Positions 38,229-49,690 of a DNA stretch of 64,000 nucleotides are shown one piece after another (positions within the stretch are counted from its first letter, which is position 1; each line of letters opens with the position of its first letter). The DNA comes from Cenococcum geophilum (lineage: Eukaryota), in assembly GCA_050273025.1 (NCBI GenBank), contig CP158636.1:10292001-10356000 (forward strand), read 5' to 3'. The notes beneath the pieces are model-generated. The model made no database searches and was not told the DNA's origin. It saw only the letters and a list, made by a program, of their open reading frames with translations. A program made the position numbers and the translations under genes.

Positions 38229-39323
38229 TTGGTCCTACAAGCACAAAGGGACATTTTCCGAGTTCGCCAAATACGCTCTAGCTGGCGCAAGGGCAGGAAA
38301 GTTTTCGAGTACCTGGTCGATATGTTCGATCTCTATGAGCCCTCTACCTGGATCACTGAGGATCAATTGAGAATTTCACGCAGCCCTACGCTCTCTGAGC
38401 TTGGAGGTAAGTAGCTAATTAAAGAGAATCTTAGTTTGGAAGAACTTAAGGAACATGTTGCTAACGGAATCTGTCTCAAGTAGCCTCTTCTCCTCCTTCC
38501 TTGAGCTAAGCACAGTCTTAAGTCTATCTCAAGCATCTGACGACTTCAATCAACGAGAAGCATCGCTATACTTCACGAACCTCCCGAAGTTCCAGTCCTC
38601 TGCTCTATCCGGCCCGGCACCGGGCGGCGAGCCTGGGCCGGGGCAACGGGCGGAGAAACGGGCAGAGAAGCAGGGGCGCCATGGCGTGAATCGAGAGACC
38701 AGCAGCGACATACACCACTCCGAAGACAGCGATCGTAGCCATGAAACGAATGAGGAGGTCGAGGACGACGGGACCCACAGCCAGAAAAGCAGCGGAAGCT
38801 GGCCTCGAATTTCGGCCACTGTTACCCATCGTTTGCTTCTTATAGCCCAAAACACCATCTCAAACAACCTCACAGCCTCTCGCCATCCTCGACCACACGA
38901 CCTGAAATGGACGAGGCGCGGTCCCAAGCCGACTACGGGCATCTACCAACTCCGCAAACCTCTCGAAGTCCTTCGGCTAGAGCAGAGCCGGCATCAATCG
39001 CGGAGTATCAAGAATGGCCTTTCCAGGGTCTCCTTAAACGCACCAAGATTGGGAAGGAGACGGTTTATAATCTCGAGTTCCAGCTGTCACATATCCCGGA
39101 GCACCTCCATCTTCCGGTCCCTTCCGAAGCGTTGGGTATACATACTAATGAGACATCTGCAGAGGCTGCAAAGAGAAAACGCGTCCCATGGAAACCAAAA
39201 GAGAACAAGACGGTACTCAAGATGAAGGAGAGGGGTTGCTCATGGAACGAGATCCATAATGCTCTCCCGCACCGGGCTCTAGGAGCCATCCAGATGCAGT
39301 ACTCTACGAAACTCAAAAAGTAG
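38229..39323 (+). pseudogene. Degenerate chromo-like + Myb/SANT-domain gene
   Basis: FRVRQIRSSWRKGRKVFEYLVD...STWITEDQL is chromo-like. Probable intron GTAAGT at 38407 with GCTAAC branch. Acidic tract with a frameshift about 38775. EYQEWPFQGLLKRTKIG, then C-terminal Myb-like PWKPKENKTVLKMKERGCSWNEIHNALPHRALGAIQMQY. Confidence 0.6.
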
Positions 39324-39489
39324 CCAGTGGAAGTGATACGCCAACCTGGCAGTTCCCATCGACTAGCCAACGCCTTGAGCGAGGTCTCTGCTACACTCGA
39401 CGGTAGTGTCGGCCTGGCGTCGACCACTACACCATATCAAGCTTAGATCAGGGGTACCTTTGACCCACCCAATTCGTGTATTTAATGAG

Positions 39490-39784
39490 GGCGAGGCGCC
39501 TGCTAGAAAACGGGCGTTGTTGATCATGCCCTCGGACGGGTCGAAGCCGATGGCGTAGGCGAAGTGCGGTGCGAGCGCGCGGGCAGCCGTGCCCGGACCG
39601 CAACCAACGTCGAGGAGGGTGTTGAGCTGGCCGCCGGTGGAAGTATGCTGTCGATGATGGTTTTATACAGGTTAGGGTGGTAGTCGGTGCGATTCTGGGC
39701 GTAATTCGCGCCTTGGTCCTGGGTGTAGGAGCTAAACGTCTTTTCGGCCGAGACGAGGACAAAAGCTGGAGTAGGATTCGACAT
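39490..39784 (-). pseudogene. Truncated, frameshifted class I SAM-dependent methyltransferase (Crg1/Tmt1-like)
   Basis: MSNP...EKTFSSY...NYAQNRTDYHPNLYKTIID, then a 1-nt frameshift, then HTSTGGQLNTLLDVGCGPGTAARALAPHFAYAIGFDPSEGMINNAR. The C-terminal half is missing. Confidence 0.8.
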
Positions 39785-40076
39785 GGCGATGGCAGCTTGA
39801 TCACCAGGAACTGTGGCCTTCTCTGCGATGTGGTTTGGACGTTGACTTTGAGGAAAGAAGATTGACGAGGGCAAAGCTGGCGATTGTCCGTTTCTACTTC
39901 CTCAACCTACCTTATCTTCCAGTTGCTTTGAGAATGGTGGAGTAGCTTAAAACATGAAGGAGGACTAGATGCTTGGTAGCAATACGGCGATGTATTTATC
40001 TGCCTTTGTAGCTGGCCGGATAGAACCATTAGATTAGCTGCTTAAAATACTATTACTTAGTACTTGGTAATATTAG

Positions 40077-40327
40077 TGTCTGTACGAGTAGAGGATATAA
40101 ATAGTGTTATTAGATGAATGACGCAGAGCGTATGCGGTAGGGCCGCATGGTGTATGCGGTAGGGGCTGTATGGCGTAGCGTAGGTCACCTGACTGCCTAC
40201 GGCCCGATAGATAGCCCGACCTTTACTACCCCTTTCTTTCTCTTTTAGTAGACAGAAGAGAGACACGTATGAATTAAGAACCAGTTACCTTATATTGCAA
40301 TTGCAGTACCCCCGGGTGATACCGACA
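40077..40327. mobile_element. Solo LTR
   Basis: TGTC...GACA ends, with perfect TSD ATTAG (40072-40076 and 40328-40332). Confidence 0.8.
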
Positions 40328-40898
40328 ATTAGTAATCGCCAGAGCCTTTCGAGAAGTTATTTGATGTTTTTAATACATCTTCGAACGTAAACCATAACAC
40401 TAGTACCCCATATAAAATAATTTGGGTAATGAGAGAAAGGTGCACTCATTGATAGTTCGCATACTCTCTACACTTCGGCCGCCTTGGCACAAATCCTTGG
40501 AATTTTCCAAAGTCTAGCTTAGCGGAATCTGTTGTCGAGTCCAATAATTGTATCAACTGTAGCGTAAAGGCTTTCGTGGAATTTAATAATCCAAATCCGT
40601 GCAGCTTTTCTATCGCCGTGATGGTGCTAGGAAAGGCGGCTCTCTTCAACAACAATCACACATTCAACAATCTTTGCAGCGACGGTCGAGTCCCATTGAC
40701 CTTATCTACGATGGCAGGGTGGGGTAGGCGTGGTTAATGGGTCGATGGGGTCGACGGGGATAAGGTCAATAGTGTCTATAGGTGAGATGGGCGAGATAGA
40801 TGTAACCGACAGGGTGGAGTTAGTGCTTAAAAGGGATTAGAGCGGGACGCAGATTAAGTCAGGAATTGGCTGGCAAACCCCCCCCCCCCAAAATTATG

Positions 40899-41053
40899 GT
40901 CATTACCGCCAGATTTGGCATACATTTTGCCACCAGGTCGTTTTATTTTATAAAAAGCTTGATTTACTATTTGATAAATTATATTTGAAATTTTATATAA
41001 ATAGCTATTATAATTATTAAGTTATAAGAATTTTAAAAAGGTATGTTGATACT
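40899..41053 (-). repeat. AT-rich dispersed repeat, inverted relative to 47643-47779
   Basis: Reverse complement AGTATCAACATACCTTTTTAAAATTCTTATAACTTAATAA matches AGTACTAATATACCCTTTAAAATACTTATAACTTAATAA at 47643. Both end in GCGGTAA..TGAC. Confidence 0.65.
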
Positions 41054-41705
41054 AAGACCGTGGACGACATAGCCCAAACCTCTATAGTGGGGGTTTGTGA
41101 CACATAGTAGATTGATATGCATGTTACGAGATGCGCAAGTATATTGTAGCGCGAACACATCGCCAACGGAGTTTGGTCGACTTTACTGAACGGCGCGTAG
41201 ATAGGAAGCTAACCGGAATAAGCCCTTAGGAAAACGAACAAATCTATGGTTTCATCAGTGCACTTTTCGAGTATGCTCATTATGAGGCCACAACTGAGTA
41301 GAAGGACGTGCTGCTTGAGCGACATTTGAAGCGCTAACCTGATTACTTTACTTGAGTGTAGCGGCTGCGAAGGTTTCTAGGCCAGGCCACTGCGGAAGAG
41401 ATTGGACTTTTGACATCTAAAGCTCAAAAAGCATACTCTCCCTAGACATATTGTAATGATTTCGTTTATTCGTATATTATTAACAGGGAACATCAGTCTC
41501 CAGCAGCGCCGTCCATACCAGCATCGTGAAAGTCTAGTGCCAGAGTAAGCCGAAGAGACAAAAATAAATCCGAGTCCATAGACCAGCAAAGGAACGTAAG
41601 AAAATGCAAGACTACACGCTCGTTGGGAGAGCCTTAAGAAATGCGCAGCTCTCGACCCAAAACAAGTAAACAAATCTATAAATAACTCTAGCTTCCTTTA
41701 AATGA

Positions 41706-43928
41706 TCAACAGAAAATGCTCGCGCGAGTCCTCTCGTTCTCCTGTGTGCTATTGTGCAAATGCTGCGTCACGTCCAGCACAGTCATAACATGGTCGTAGC
41801 TCAATTTCGCTTCTTTCCTGCTAGCAAGCAATTGAGCTGTCTTCAGGACATTCTTGATCTGTCGGCCGTTCATGTTCATAAGTGCTAGCTGGTCGAGCTG
41901 GCGGCTGGAGATGGTGTTCGGCTGCTGCGAGCCGGCGAGGAAGTTCTTCCAGACGAGGCGACGGGAGTCAATGGAGAGCTCCGGGTAGTCGAGAGAGATG
42001 TGGATACGAGACTGGAAGGCAGGATCGAAGGTGTTTACGCGATTTGTGGTCAAGAACATGATACCCTCGTAGTATTCTAGGATTCGTAGGAAGATGGAAA
42101 CAAGCTTGTTACGCTCCAACTCGTGAAGTGACCGCTGCTCAAGGAAAACATCCGCCTCATCCAGGAGGAGAATGGCGTTCCATTTTGTACACATTTCTAG
42201 GATGTTTTGCAGTTTAGTTTCGACGTTCCGCGGATCGAGACCCAGGTCTCCGGCACTCATCATGTACAAGGGGACACGCATCTCCTCTGCGACCGACTCG
42301 GCAGTCAGCGTTTTGCCAACGCCTGGAGGTCCACATAGCAGAAGGATAATACCCTTGCCCTTGCCTTCAATGACGTCATCGAATGACTCCTTGTACTTGC
42401 GCTGAGACTCAGTGAAGCCTAGAATCAGATCCTTCTGATTGGAAGGCAGTACAAGGCTATCGAAGGCACCCGTCTGCCACTCAATTTCTTTCACACAGTT
42501 TACGAAGAAATTGAGCCACAGCTTGTTCTTGAGAGAGTAGCCGCGGAGAAGTGGAGTGCAGATGAGCTTCTGGTCAGTGGTCAACGGAATGCGTCGAGAC
42601 TCGTCATCTTCGTCCGCAAATTGGCCGTCGATAGGCATTCCGCCATCGTTGTCTTCGCCATCATCATAGTTGTCTTCATCCTCGCCATCATCTCCATCCC
42701 CCCCACTAGTACCTCCAACAACTGGGTCTCTTTGATTGAGAGGGGTGACGAAAATGGCGAAGCTAGGATTGAACCGGTTCCATCCGTAAGTGTCAATAAC
42801 AATGCGGCTCTTAATGTTGTACTTGTCTTTCGTCCCGAAAGTACCCCGTTTCCAGCCGATCCCGTGATATGACTTGTAGTGTGAGCCAGCAAGCGATTCC
42901 GCCTTGGCTCCCCGCTCAATCAAACGCGTCCGGAGAGCATCCTTATCGTGATGATAGTTGATAGGATAGACAGCAAGTTGAGTGATAGAGCGAGTACCTG
43001 AGTAAATAGGGATGGATAAATTCAGCTTGTTAGTGCCAAATTTAGCACCATCCCAGTCTATGTATTTGCAAGTGAGCCAGAAGCAAGGGTTGCCGTTTCG
43101 GTCCTGGCCGTACTTGGTCTCGTGAAGCTTCATAGCAGTTTCCTGACCGTCTTGCCGAGCATAGACCGTTGCACCAGGCTGGAATAAAGTCCAGAGATAC
43201 TCGTATGTCATGACGCCCTTCGACATCATATCTTGCGAGGCATCGATTAGGTTTTTGAATTCTGATTTGAGAAGATTATGGAAGAGCTCGGCATGTTCCT
43301 TAGTCTTTCGCTGATCTTCTGTCTCATCACCAATTTGCGAAATAGCTTCCTTCAGTTGAGACCATCGGTGGATGATGGGTTCGAACTTGCCGGAAAACTC
43401 AAGTCGCTGAAGTCCAACAGTCACACCTGGATAATCTTTGAGGACGCTTTCGAGAAGCTTCTTCAGTAGAGGGCTCTGGACAACGATTGAATGAATGGCA
43501 AGAACTTTCCGAGGATCATTGTAAACCTTGACGTTTCGAACGAGAAGTGCCCATTTAGCAGTCTCAGCATCCTCGGCGGGTTTGCCGACATCTTCGGGGA
43601 TTTTGTCTTGCCACTGGAAGCGGCCTCGCTTGTCCTCTTTGCCAGAGTAGAGATTCTTCAAACCGCACTGCATTCCAATCTCAATTGGCTCTTCGGATGT
43701 TTCTTTTTCTTTTCCATCACCCTCGGCTTCCTCATTTGAGACACCATTAGTGATAGCAGTATTCTTAATGCCATTGGTGACGGTAGTGACCTCTTCCTCT
43801 TCGGATGAGGAGTACTCCTCAACTCGCTCTGAAACCATTCTGCGGCCGCGGAGACGTCTATTGAGAGAATTGAGACCCCTGCCTCTGTAACCAGTGGTGC
43901 TCCTGGCAGTCTGGGTGGTGCGAGCCAC
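41706..43928 (-). CDS. Fungal AAA+ ATPase (DUF7025-type N-domain + single AAA module); first AUG at 43838, possible GTG start at 43928
   Basis: Intact 740-codon ORF with Walker A GPPGVGKT, Walker B LLLDEAD, and sensor/Arg-finger region FLTTNR...DPAFQSRIH. Confidence 0.92.
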   Translation of the reverse strand: MARTTQTARSTTGYRGRGLNSLNRRLRGRRMVSERVEEYSSSEEEEVTTVTNGIKNTAITNGVSNEEAEGDGKEKETSEEPIEIGMQCGLKNLYSGKEDKRGRFQWQDKIPEDVGKPAEDAETAKWALLVRNVKVYNDPRKVLAIHSIVVQSPLLKKLLESVLKDYPGVTVGLQRLEFSGKFEPIIHRWSQLKEAISQIGDETEDQRKTKEHAELFHNLLKSEFKNLIDASQDMMSKGVMTYEYLWTLFQPGATVYARQDGQETAMKLHETKYGQDRNGNPCFWLTCKYIDWDGAKFGTNKLNLSIPIYSGTRSITQLAVYPINYHHDKDALRTRLIERGAKAESLAGSHYKSYHGIGWKRGTFGTKDKYNIKSRIVIDTYGWNRFNPSFAIFVTPLNQRDPVVGGTSGGDGDDGEDEDNYDDGEDNDGGMPIDGQFADEDDESRRIPLTTDQKLICTPLLRGYSLKNKLWLNFFVNCVKEIEWQTGAFDSLVLPSNQKDLILGFTESQRKYKESFDDVIEGKGKGIILLLCGPPGVGKTLTAESVAEEMRVPLYMMSAGDLGLDPRNVETKLQNILEMCTKWNAILLLDEADVFLEQRSLHELERNKLVSIFLRILEYYEGIMFLTTNRVNTFDPAFQSRIHISLDYPELSIDSRRLVWKNFLAGSQQPNTISSRQLDQLALMNMNGRQIKNVLKTAQLLASRKEAKLSYDHVMTVLDVTQHLHNSTQENERTRASIFC

Positions 43929-45244
43929 GACTGCGGATGTGATGAGGGAGGGAAGAGTGAGTTGATAGAGTGTCAGATTGGTGTTGGATGAGCAAACTGA
44001 TACCCTTTGGCTGGGGAGATTGCAATACAGAGTGGTATGAGGAACTGGAGTTGTCTGCAGATGGTCGCCCTTTTTAAGGCCGTCGTGTTGTTGCCTGTTC
44101 GATATGCAAATTGCACAGGCCTGTGAATTCAGAGAAAGGCTGACTCAAAGACGGAGTAAAGCCTTAGACACTAGAGAGCCATCGCTTGACCGTACAGCTG
44201 GTGCCTAAGTCCCGTACCCCCAAATTCTCTGGGAGGACGGGGCTGGGCTCCCGTGAACGCTGTGAGTGGTCAGTGGTCGTCGAAACGCCCACCCCGTGAC
44301 TCAGGTACATAAGACAGGTGGACGTGTTCTATTGGCACGAGGGCAATCTGCTCACTGCCATATGCTGATAAGTGCACCATTCTTGTCGGACTTTCCACCG
44401 ACTTGCATCTAAAGCCCTCAAGAGGAGAAATATCGCGAGAAAAAGTGGGAAGTTGGATGGAGAGCACTTTTAGGCAGCCAGTGCATGTGTGAGTAAGCCA
44501 CAACCATCGCCACAGAGCCCTAATAGCGGCGCAGCACCACCGCTAAACTTTCTACGCGGATATCGGTGATAGCCATTTGCACGACCGCTTCGCCCCCTTT
44601 GGCGGGCTGCAGATTCGGTACACGTTCAATTCGCTTGGATGCCACCAACTGTAGATAGCAATCGTAGCGAACGCCTCTATCGGCCTCCCTCCGCAGTGCT
44701 GTGGTCTTTGTCGAATGTTGTAAGGTTTCCACCCGTACGGTACCGCCAAATTTCATCGACCTCTCTGCAGAGCGTTGAATTCGCGTTTTGGCGGCCACAA
44801 AGGAGGCGTAGTCAAGGGGGAGATGAGGAAGCGTACGTCTTTAATTTGATTCTCCTAGCCAACCAAAGCGATTCTCCGGGGCAACCAAAAAGGTCCTTAC
44901 GTGCAGCCACAGCCGTTCGCTACAATTACTATGCACAGTTGGTGGCGATTGAGCGAAATTGCCTTTATAGGAAACAATTTCGACCTTCATGCTTTGCAAC
45001 TACTCAATCTGAATGATAAATTATAGAACTAGATTTTATTTACCTTTAGCTACACATGCAATAACCCTATTTAGGCCCTCTTGCGCGCGACTACTTGGGT
45101 TTTGGCAAGAAATAGAGCTTTGCCAAGGGTGTAACCAACTCATTTTCTACTCGGCCCCACTACCACATTTTTCGCGGGGACGATATCAGCGCAAGACCTC
45201 ACGACGTGGGCCCAATTGAGCAAGGTAAAGCCCCAGCCGCAGAT

Positions 45245-47377
45245 ATGACCACCACTATCAAAGTCCCTTGCTCCTCAGCCAACATTGGCCCCGGCTTCGA
45301 TGTGATCGGTCTTGCGCTCAACATCTTCCTCGAGGTCCAAGTTACAGTCACCAGCAAGCCATCCTCGGACCATCTACTGCACTGCAGCCTCACCTACGAG
45401 GGTGTGGACGCAGAATCGGTGCCGCTCAATGCGGAACAGAATCTCGTCACTCGAACCGCAATATACGTCCTACGATGCCACGGCATACGCAATTTCCCCG
45501 TCGAGACGCATATACATATAATCAACCCTATTCCGCTGGGGAGAGGGCTTGGGTCTTCAGGAGCTGCTATTGTCGCTGGCGTCAACATAGCAAACGAAGT
45601 CGGCAATCTGGGCCTCTCAAAAGCCAGGATGTTGGATTACTGCCTGATGGAGGAGCGACATCCGGACAACGTGGCCGCAGCGTTGTACGGAGGTTTCGTT
45701 GGGACATATTTGAACGAGCTGGCTGCTGAAGATCTTGCAAGGCTCGAGATTCCCCTCAGCGAAGTGCTACCCGAATCCGCTGGTGGGGTGGATACCGGAC
45801 TTCAGCCACCAGAACCGCCACACAATATTGGACATTTCAAGAAGTTCAAATGGGCACCAGAAATAAAATGCATTTGTGTAATACCAAACTTTGAGGTCTC
45901 GACGGCCAAAGCACGAGACGTGTTACCCACAGCGTATTCGAGGAAGGACATCGTATTCAACATGCAGAGGCTAGCCCTACTAACAACCGCACTGGGAGAG
46001 TCACCACCCGATTCAGACATGATTTACCGAGCTATGCAGGACAAGCTGCATCAACGTTACCGCAAGACCCTCATCCCAGGGCTCACTGAGATTTTACAGT
46101 CGGTCACCCCACAGTCACACCCCGGACTTCTAGGTATTTGCCTGTCTGGAGCTGGCCCGACTATCCTAGCTCTCGCAACCCATAATTTTGACACCATTGC
46201 GAACCATCTAATCGAGCAATTCAAGAAAGAGAACATCGCATGCGCTTGGCGTCTGCTGCAACCGGCCGAAGAGGGCACAACCGTGACCCGCACCACACCC
46301 ACATCCAGAGAAACCCAAGAATCTCTTACCTACGCCGCTGCGGGTGTTAGCATTGATGCTGGCAATGCTCTTGTCAAGCGCATTAAGGCTGCAGTAGCTA
46401 GCACCAAGCGGCCCGGCGCAGACGCCGAGATTGGGGGATTTGGTGGCATGGTTGATTTACAGCAAGCAGGGTATACCGAGTCTCCGATCATTGTCGGCGC
46501 AATTGACGGCATAGGAACGAAAGTCAAGATTGCGTTCGAGATAGGTAAACATGACACCGTAGGCATTGATCTAGTCGCGATGAACGTGAACGATTTGGTG
46601 GTGCAAGGCGCCGAACCGATCATGTTCCTAGACTACTACGCATGCAGCACGTTAGACGTGGACAGTGCGGCGAACTTCGTTGGAGGCGTCGCGGACGGCT
46701 GCCGAGAAGCAGGCTGCGCGCTTGTGGGCGGCGAGACTGCGGAGATGCCAGGGTTGTACAAGGAAGGGGAGTATGATGCGGGCGGTGCTGCAATTGGAGC
46801 GATCAAGAGGGGTCGGACTATATTGCCTGACAAAAACGCGATGGTCGAGGGAGACGTGCTGTTGGGCTTGGCATCGAACGGACCGCATTCGAATGGTTAT
46901 TCACTTATACGGAAAATTGTCGAACGGGCAGGCCTTTCGTTCCATGATGCCGCACCGTGGCGTAAGGCCGAGACCGTTGGTGCCAGCCTTTTAACGCCTA
47001 CGAGAATTTATGTAAAGCCTCTGCTAGCAGTTGTGGAGAAAGGCTTAGTCAAAGGCATGGCACACATCACAGGCGGCGGCCTTTTAGAGAACATCCCACG
47101 AATGCTGCCGGACCACCTTTCCGCAGACGTGGATGCTCAAACATGGCCAGTGCCGGAGGTCTTCAAATGGTTAAAATCTTCTGGAAAGATTGAAGACCTT
47201 GAGTTCGCGCGCGTGTGGAATACAGGTCTTGGCATGATCGTCGTAGTCGAGCGAAATAAAGCTAGCGAGGCAATTAAGGTACTCAAGGATACTGGTGAGT
47301 TAGTTTACGAAGTTGGATCGTTGGTAAAGAGGACCGGTGAGGGATGTGTGGTGAAGAATATGACTGTATGGAGTTAG
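45245..47377 (+). CDS. THR1: Homoserine kinase (THR1) fused to AIR synthetase (PurM, the AIRS half of ADE5,7)
   Basis: Single intronless ORF. Kinase motifs KVPCSSANIGPGFD, PLGRGLGSSG, HPDN, LSGAGPT. A linker, then AIRS motifs LTYAAAGVSIDAGN, IGGFGG, DGIGTK, GGETAEMPG, HSNGYSL, AHITGGG. Confidence 0.95.
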   Translation: MTTTIKVPCSSANIGPGFDVIGLALNIFLEVQVTVTSKPSSDHLLHCSLTYEGVDAESVPLNAEQNLVTRTAIYVLRCHGIRNFPVETHIHIINPIPLGRGLGSSGAAIVAGVNIANEVGNLGLSKARMLDYCLMEERHPDNVAAALYGGFVGTYLNELAAEDLARLEIPLSEVLPESAGGVDTGLQPPEPPHNIGHFKKFKWAPEIKCICVIPNFEVSTAKARDVLPTAYSRKDIVFNMQRLALLTTALGESPPDSDMIYRAMQDKLHQRYRKTLIPGLTEILQSVTPQSHPGLLGICLSGAGPTILALATHNFDTIANHLIEQFKKENIACAWRLLQPAEEGTTVTRTTPTSRETQESLTYAAAGVSIDAGNALVKRIKAAVASTKRPGADAEIGGFGGMVDLQQAGYTESPIIVGAIDGIGTKVKIAFEIGKHDTVGIDLVAMNVNDLVVQGAEPIMFLDYYACSTLDVDSAANFVGGVADGCREAGCALVGGETAEMPGLYKEGEYDAGGAAIGAIKRGRTILPDKNAMVEGDVLLGLASNGPHSNGYSLIRKIVERAGLSFHDAAPWRKAETVGASLLTPTRIYVKPLLAVVEKGLVKGMAHITGGGLLENIPRMLPDHLSADVDAQTWPVPEVFKWLKSSGKIEDLEFARVWNTGLGMIVVVERNKASEAIKVLKDTGELVYEVGSLVKRTGEGCVVKNMTVWS

Positions 47378-47642
47378 AGCGACACAGACGGGAAGCATAT
47401 GACGTGGAGGCATTATATGGCGTTATGGACGGGAAAAACATGTGGGAAAGTCTAGATATCGGGTTACGCCATGACTTTGTGGATAGAAGTGGCTTAGAAT
47501 ACTGTGATAGAAGTCAGCACGGTCCCACCTCGTGCACAGTACCTTTAAGGGTACATATACTGGATCCCGCAACAGTCGCGATAGATTCGCGAGCACCGTC
47601 CGCCTTTTTGGCCATATGGCGACGTGAAGCGGGACACATTAC

Positions 47643-47779
47643 AGTACTAATATACCCCTTTAAAATACTTATAACTTAATAAGCTTTTCATAAAAAATTT
47701 TAAAGCTAATTTATATATAGTTTTAATTTTTTTATATATAATATTAAAAAATATTTTTAAAGGCCAGCGGTAAATTGAC
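47643..47779 (+). repeat. AT-rich dispersed repeat, inverted partner of 40899-41053
   Basis: Shared terminal blocks, described under 40899-41053. Confidence 0.65.
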
Positions 47780-49690
47780 ATCCTCTCCCCAATTGGTTTA
47801 GTTCTTCCCTAATCAAGTTAGGATATCACGTGTGCTTGACTTGTGTACATCTGGCGAAAATCAAATTATGAAAATGTAACTTTTATGACTATAATACCAC
47901 GATCAAGTCTTGATTTTAGTTATAGTACAAGTAGTAGAGTCCAAATTAGATTTGGAACGCGCCAAAGGAACCCTCAGCAAAATTCTCCTGAAAGGACAAG
48001 TCGCCTAGGCCTTTGTAAGCCTGTTGAATATTGCCGCCGACACCACTACTCTCACCACCCAAGATATTACCACCCGCTCCTGTGTCGATTGATCGGATTG
48101 CGCAGTGCTTTGTGAGGCGTCGCGCGAACTAATTTGGGTGCTGGCACCTCTGCTTGATGTCTGTAAGCTGCCTCCGGGGGCACACCGGCGCCCTCGCCCG
48201 CGCATAGTATATCCAGTATTTCGCTCGAATGTTGATGGCTCGCGGCGAGTCGATGTATTAACCCGATTAGGAGTTGCAGAGCCAGCTGGGTGGTGGGTTG
48301 AGAGCCATGGTAAAGGTAGGGATAGGTAAGCCAAATGCGAGGTTTTGGATATGGGCACGCGACAATTATTCGCGATGCAGATGGAAACTTTAGTTCACCA
48401 GCTACTCGATCAAGTAATTCGAGTTCAGCTTTGTCCCTCATAGATATCTGGAACAAGGCACCCTAGAGGCAACGATTCTCGGAATTGCTCAATTAGTGCT
48501 CGCAGGCAAATACATCCTTCGTCTCGAAAAGAGGGTGTCGATCAAAACAGCTCAACGTTCTAGAGCCGCGAATCAGCATTCCAGAAGCGAGCACAGTCAG
48601 GCATGTCAGCAGCAGGGAGCCAGGTACCCAAGTACCCAACAGTCACGGCTTCTCCAATTAGAGGCCTGAATAGCTGAGATGCTTCCAGACTTCATATCGT
48701 GAGCGAGCACCTTGATAGCACTGGAATCATCCGAAGTAAATGGCTTGGGCGCCTAGATGCAGGAGGCAGGATGGCGTGCTTTTATGTGGAGAAAACACAC
48801 TCGTTGCAAGACGCGTTTCAAGAACCTGAAAGCGCTGATATCATGTCATAATATTATTATGGGATTTCGTTGACGTGAAGATTCCATCATCCAGGTCGTC
48901 CCCACGCATAGTCCTTGCTTTCGCAGCGTTCGGGCCTGGAGAAGAATTTTCTTATTCCCTGCTCTCATCAACAGCCTGTTGCTTTGGGCTCTATGGGATC
49001 GATTGAGAGGCGTTGCTGCCTATTGATATAAATCGATATCAGCACCACCTTGGCTTGATAAAGCAGGCGTTTGACGAGCTGAAGCAGCGCCCCTGGCTGG
49101 CAATAAAGATCCCTCCAGCACATCAATAAGTAGGTAGTACGTACCTCCATGGTGGGATGCCTTGCTCTCGTGTAGAAAAAGTAACCCAAAAGTACCACAG
49201 CCTTGCGATGAAAGCCGCTGGTGCCCGACACCGGTATCTCTCCGTCTTATCAGAGCGCACGGCTGAGGCCGCAGTAGACCATCCTCGTCGACTTTGGTGG
49301 GTGAAAAGCTTCTTTTCTAGGCTTTGACGATTCAAAGCAAGAGGCGCGTTAGCCACAAGTGCAAGCCGTGCAGCGCTGAGCTGAGCATGCCCTGTACTTG
49401 TCCCACAAAAATGTGCTAAATGTGCTAAATGTGTGCTGCAGGGAATCTGGTCTGCGTCCGCTGTGACTCTTCAGTCTGCCACTCGGCCGGCGGTGCTTGG
49501 GAGGTTTTGCAGGCCAGTCGTACGGGGCTGTCGGGGCACGCCATTAATATTCCCATCCCACGGTTCTTGCCCGTTCGCGCAGTTCGCTGTTAGCCGGTGC
49601 GTCTCACAGACCGCCAACCTAACAAACGAGAATCTTCTCAGCTCTTTGTGGTACTTCTGCTACTTCCCACCCTCCCTTCCTCTCTCTATC

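Noticed and set aside
47900..49360. Several short ORFs, possibly a decayed minus-strand gene
   Set aside because: No recognisable motifs, and I could not build a consistent exon chain.
49433..49690. 86-aa N-terminal extension of APT1 in the ORF track
   Set aside because: It starts at a non-ATG codon in promoter/pyrimidine-rich UTR sequence; the ATG at 49691 has good context.
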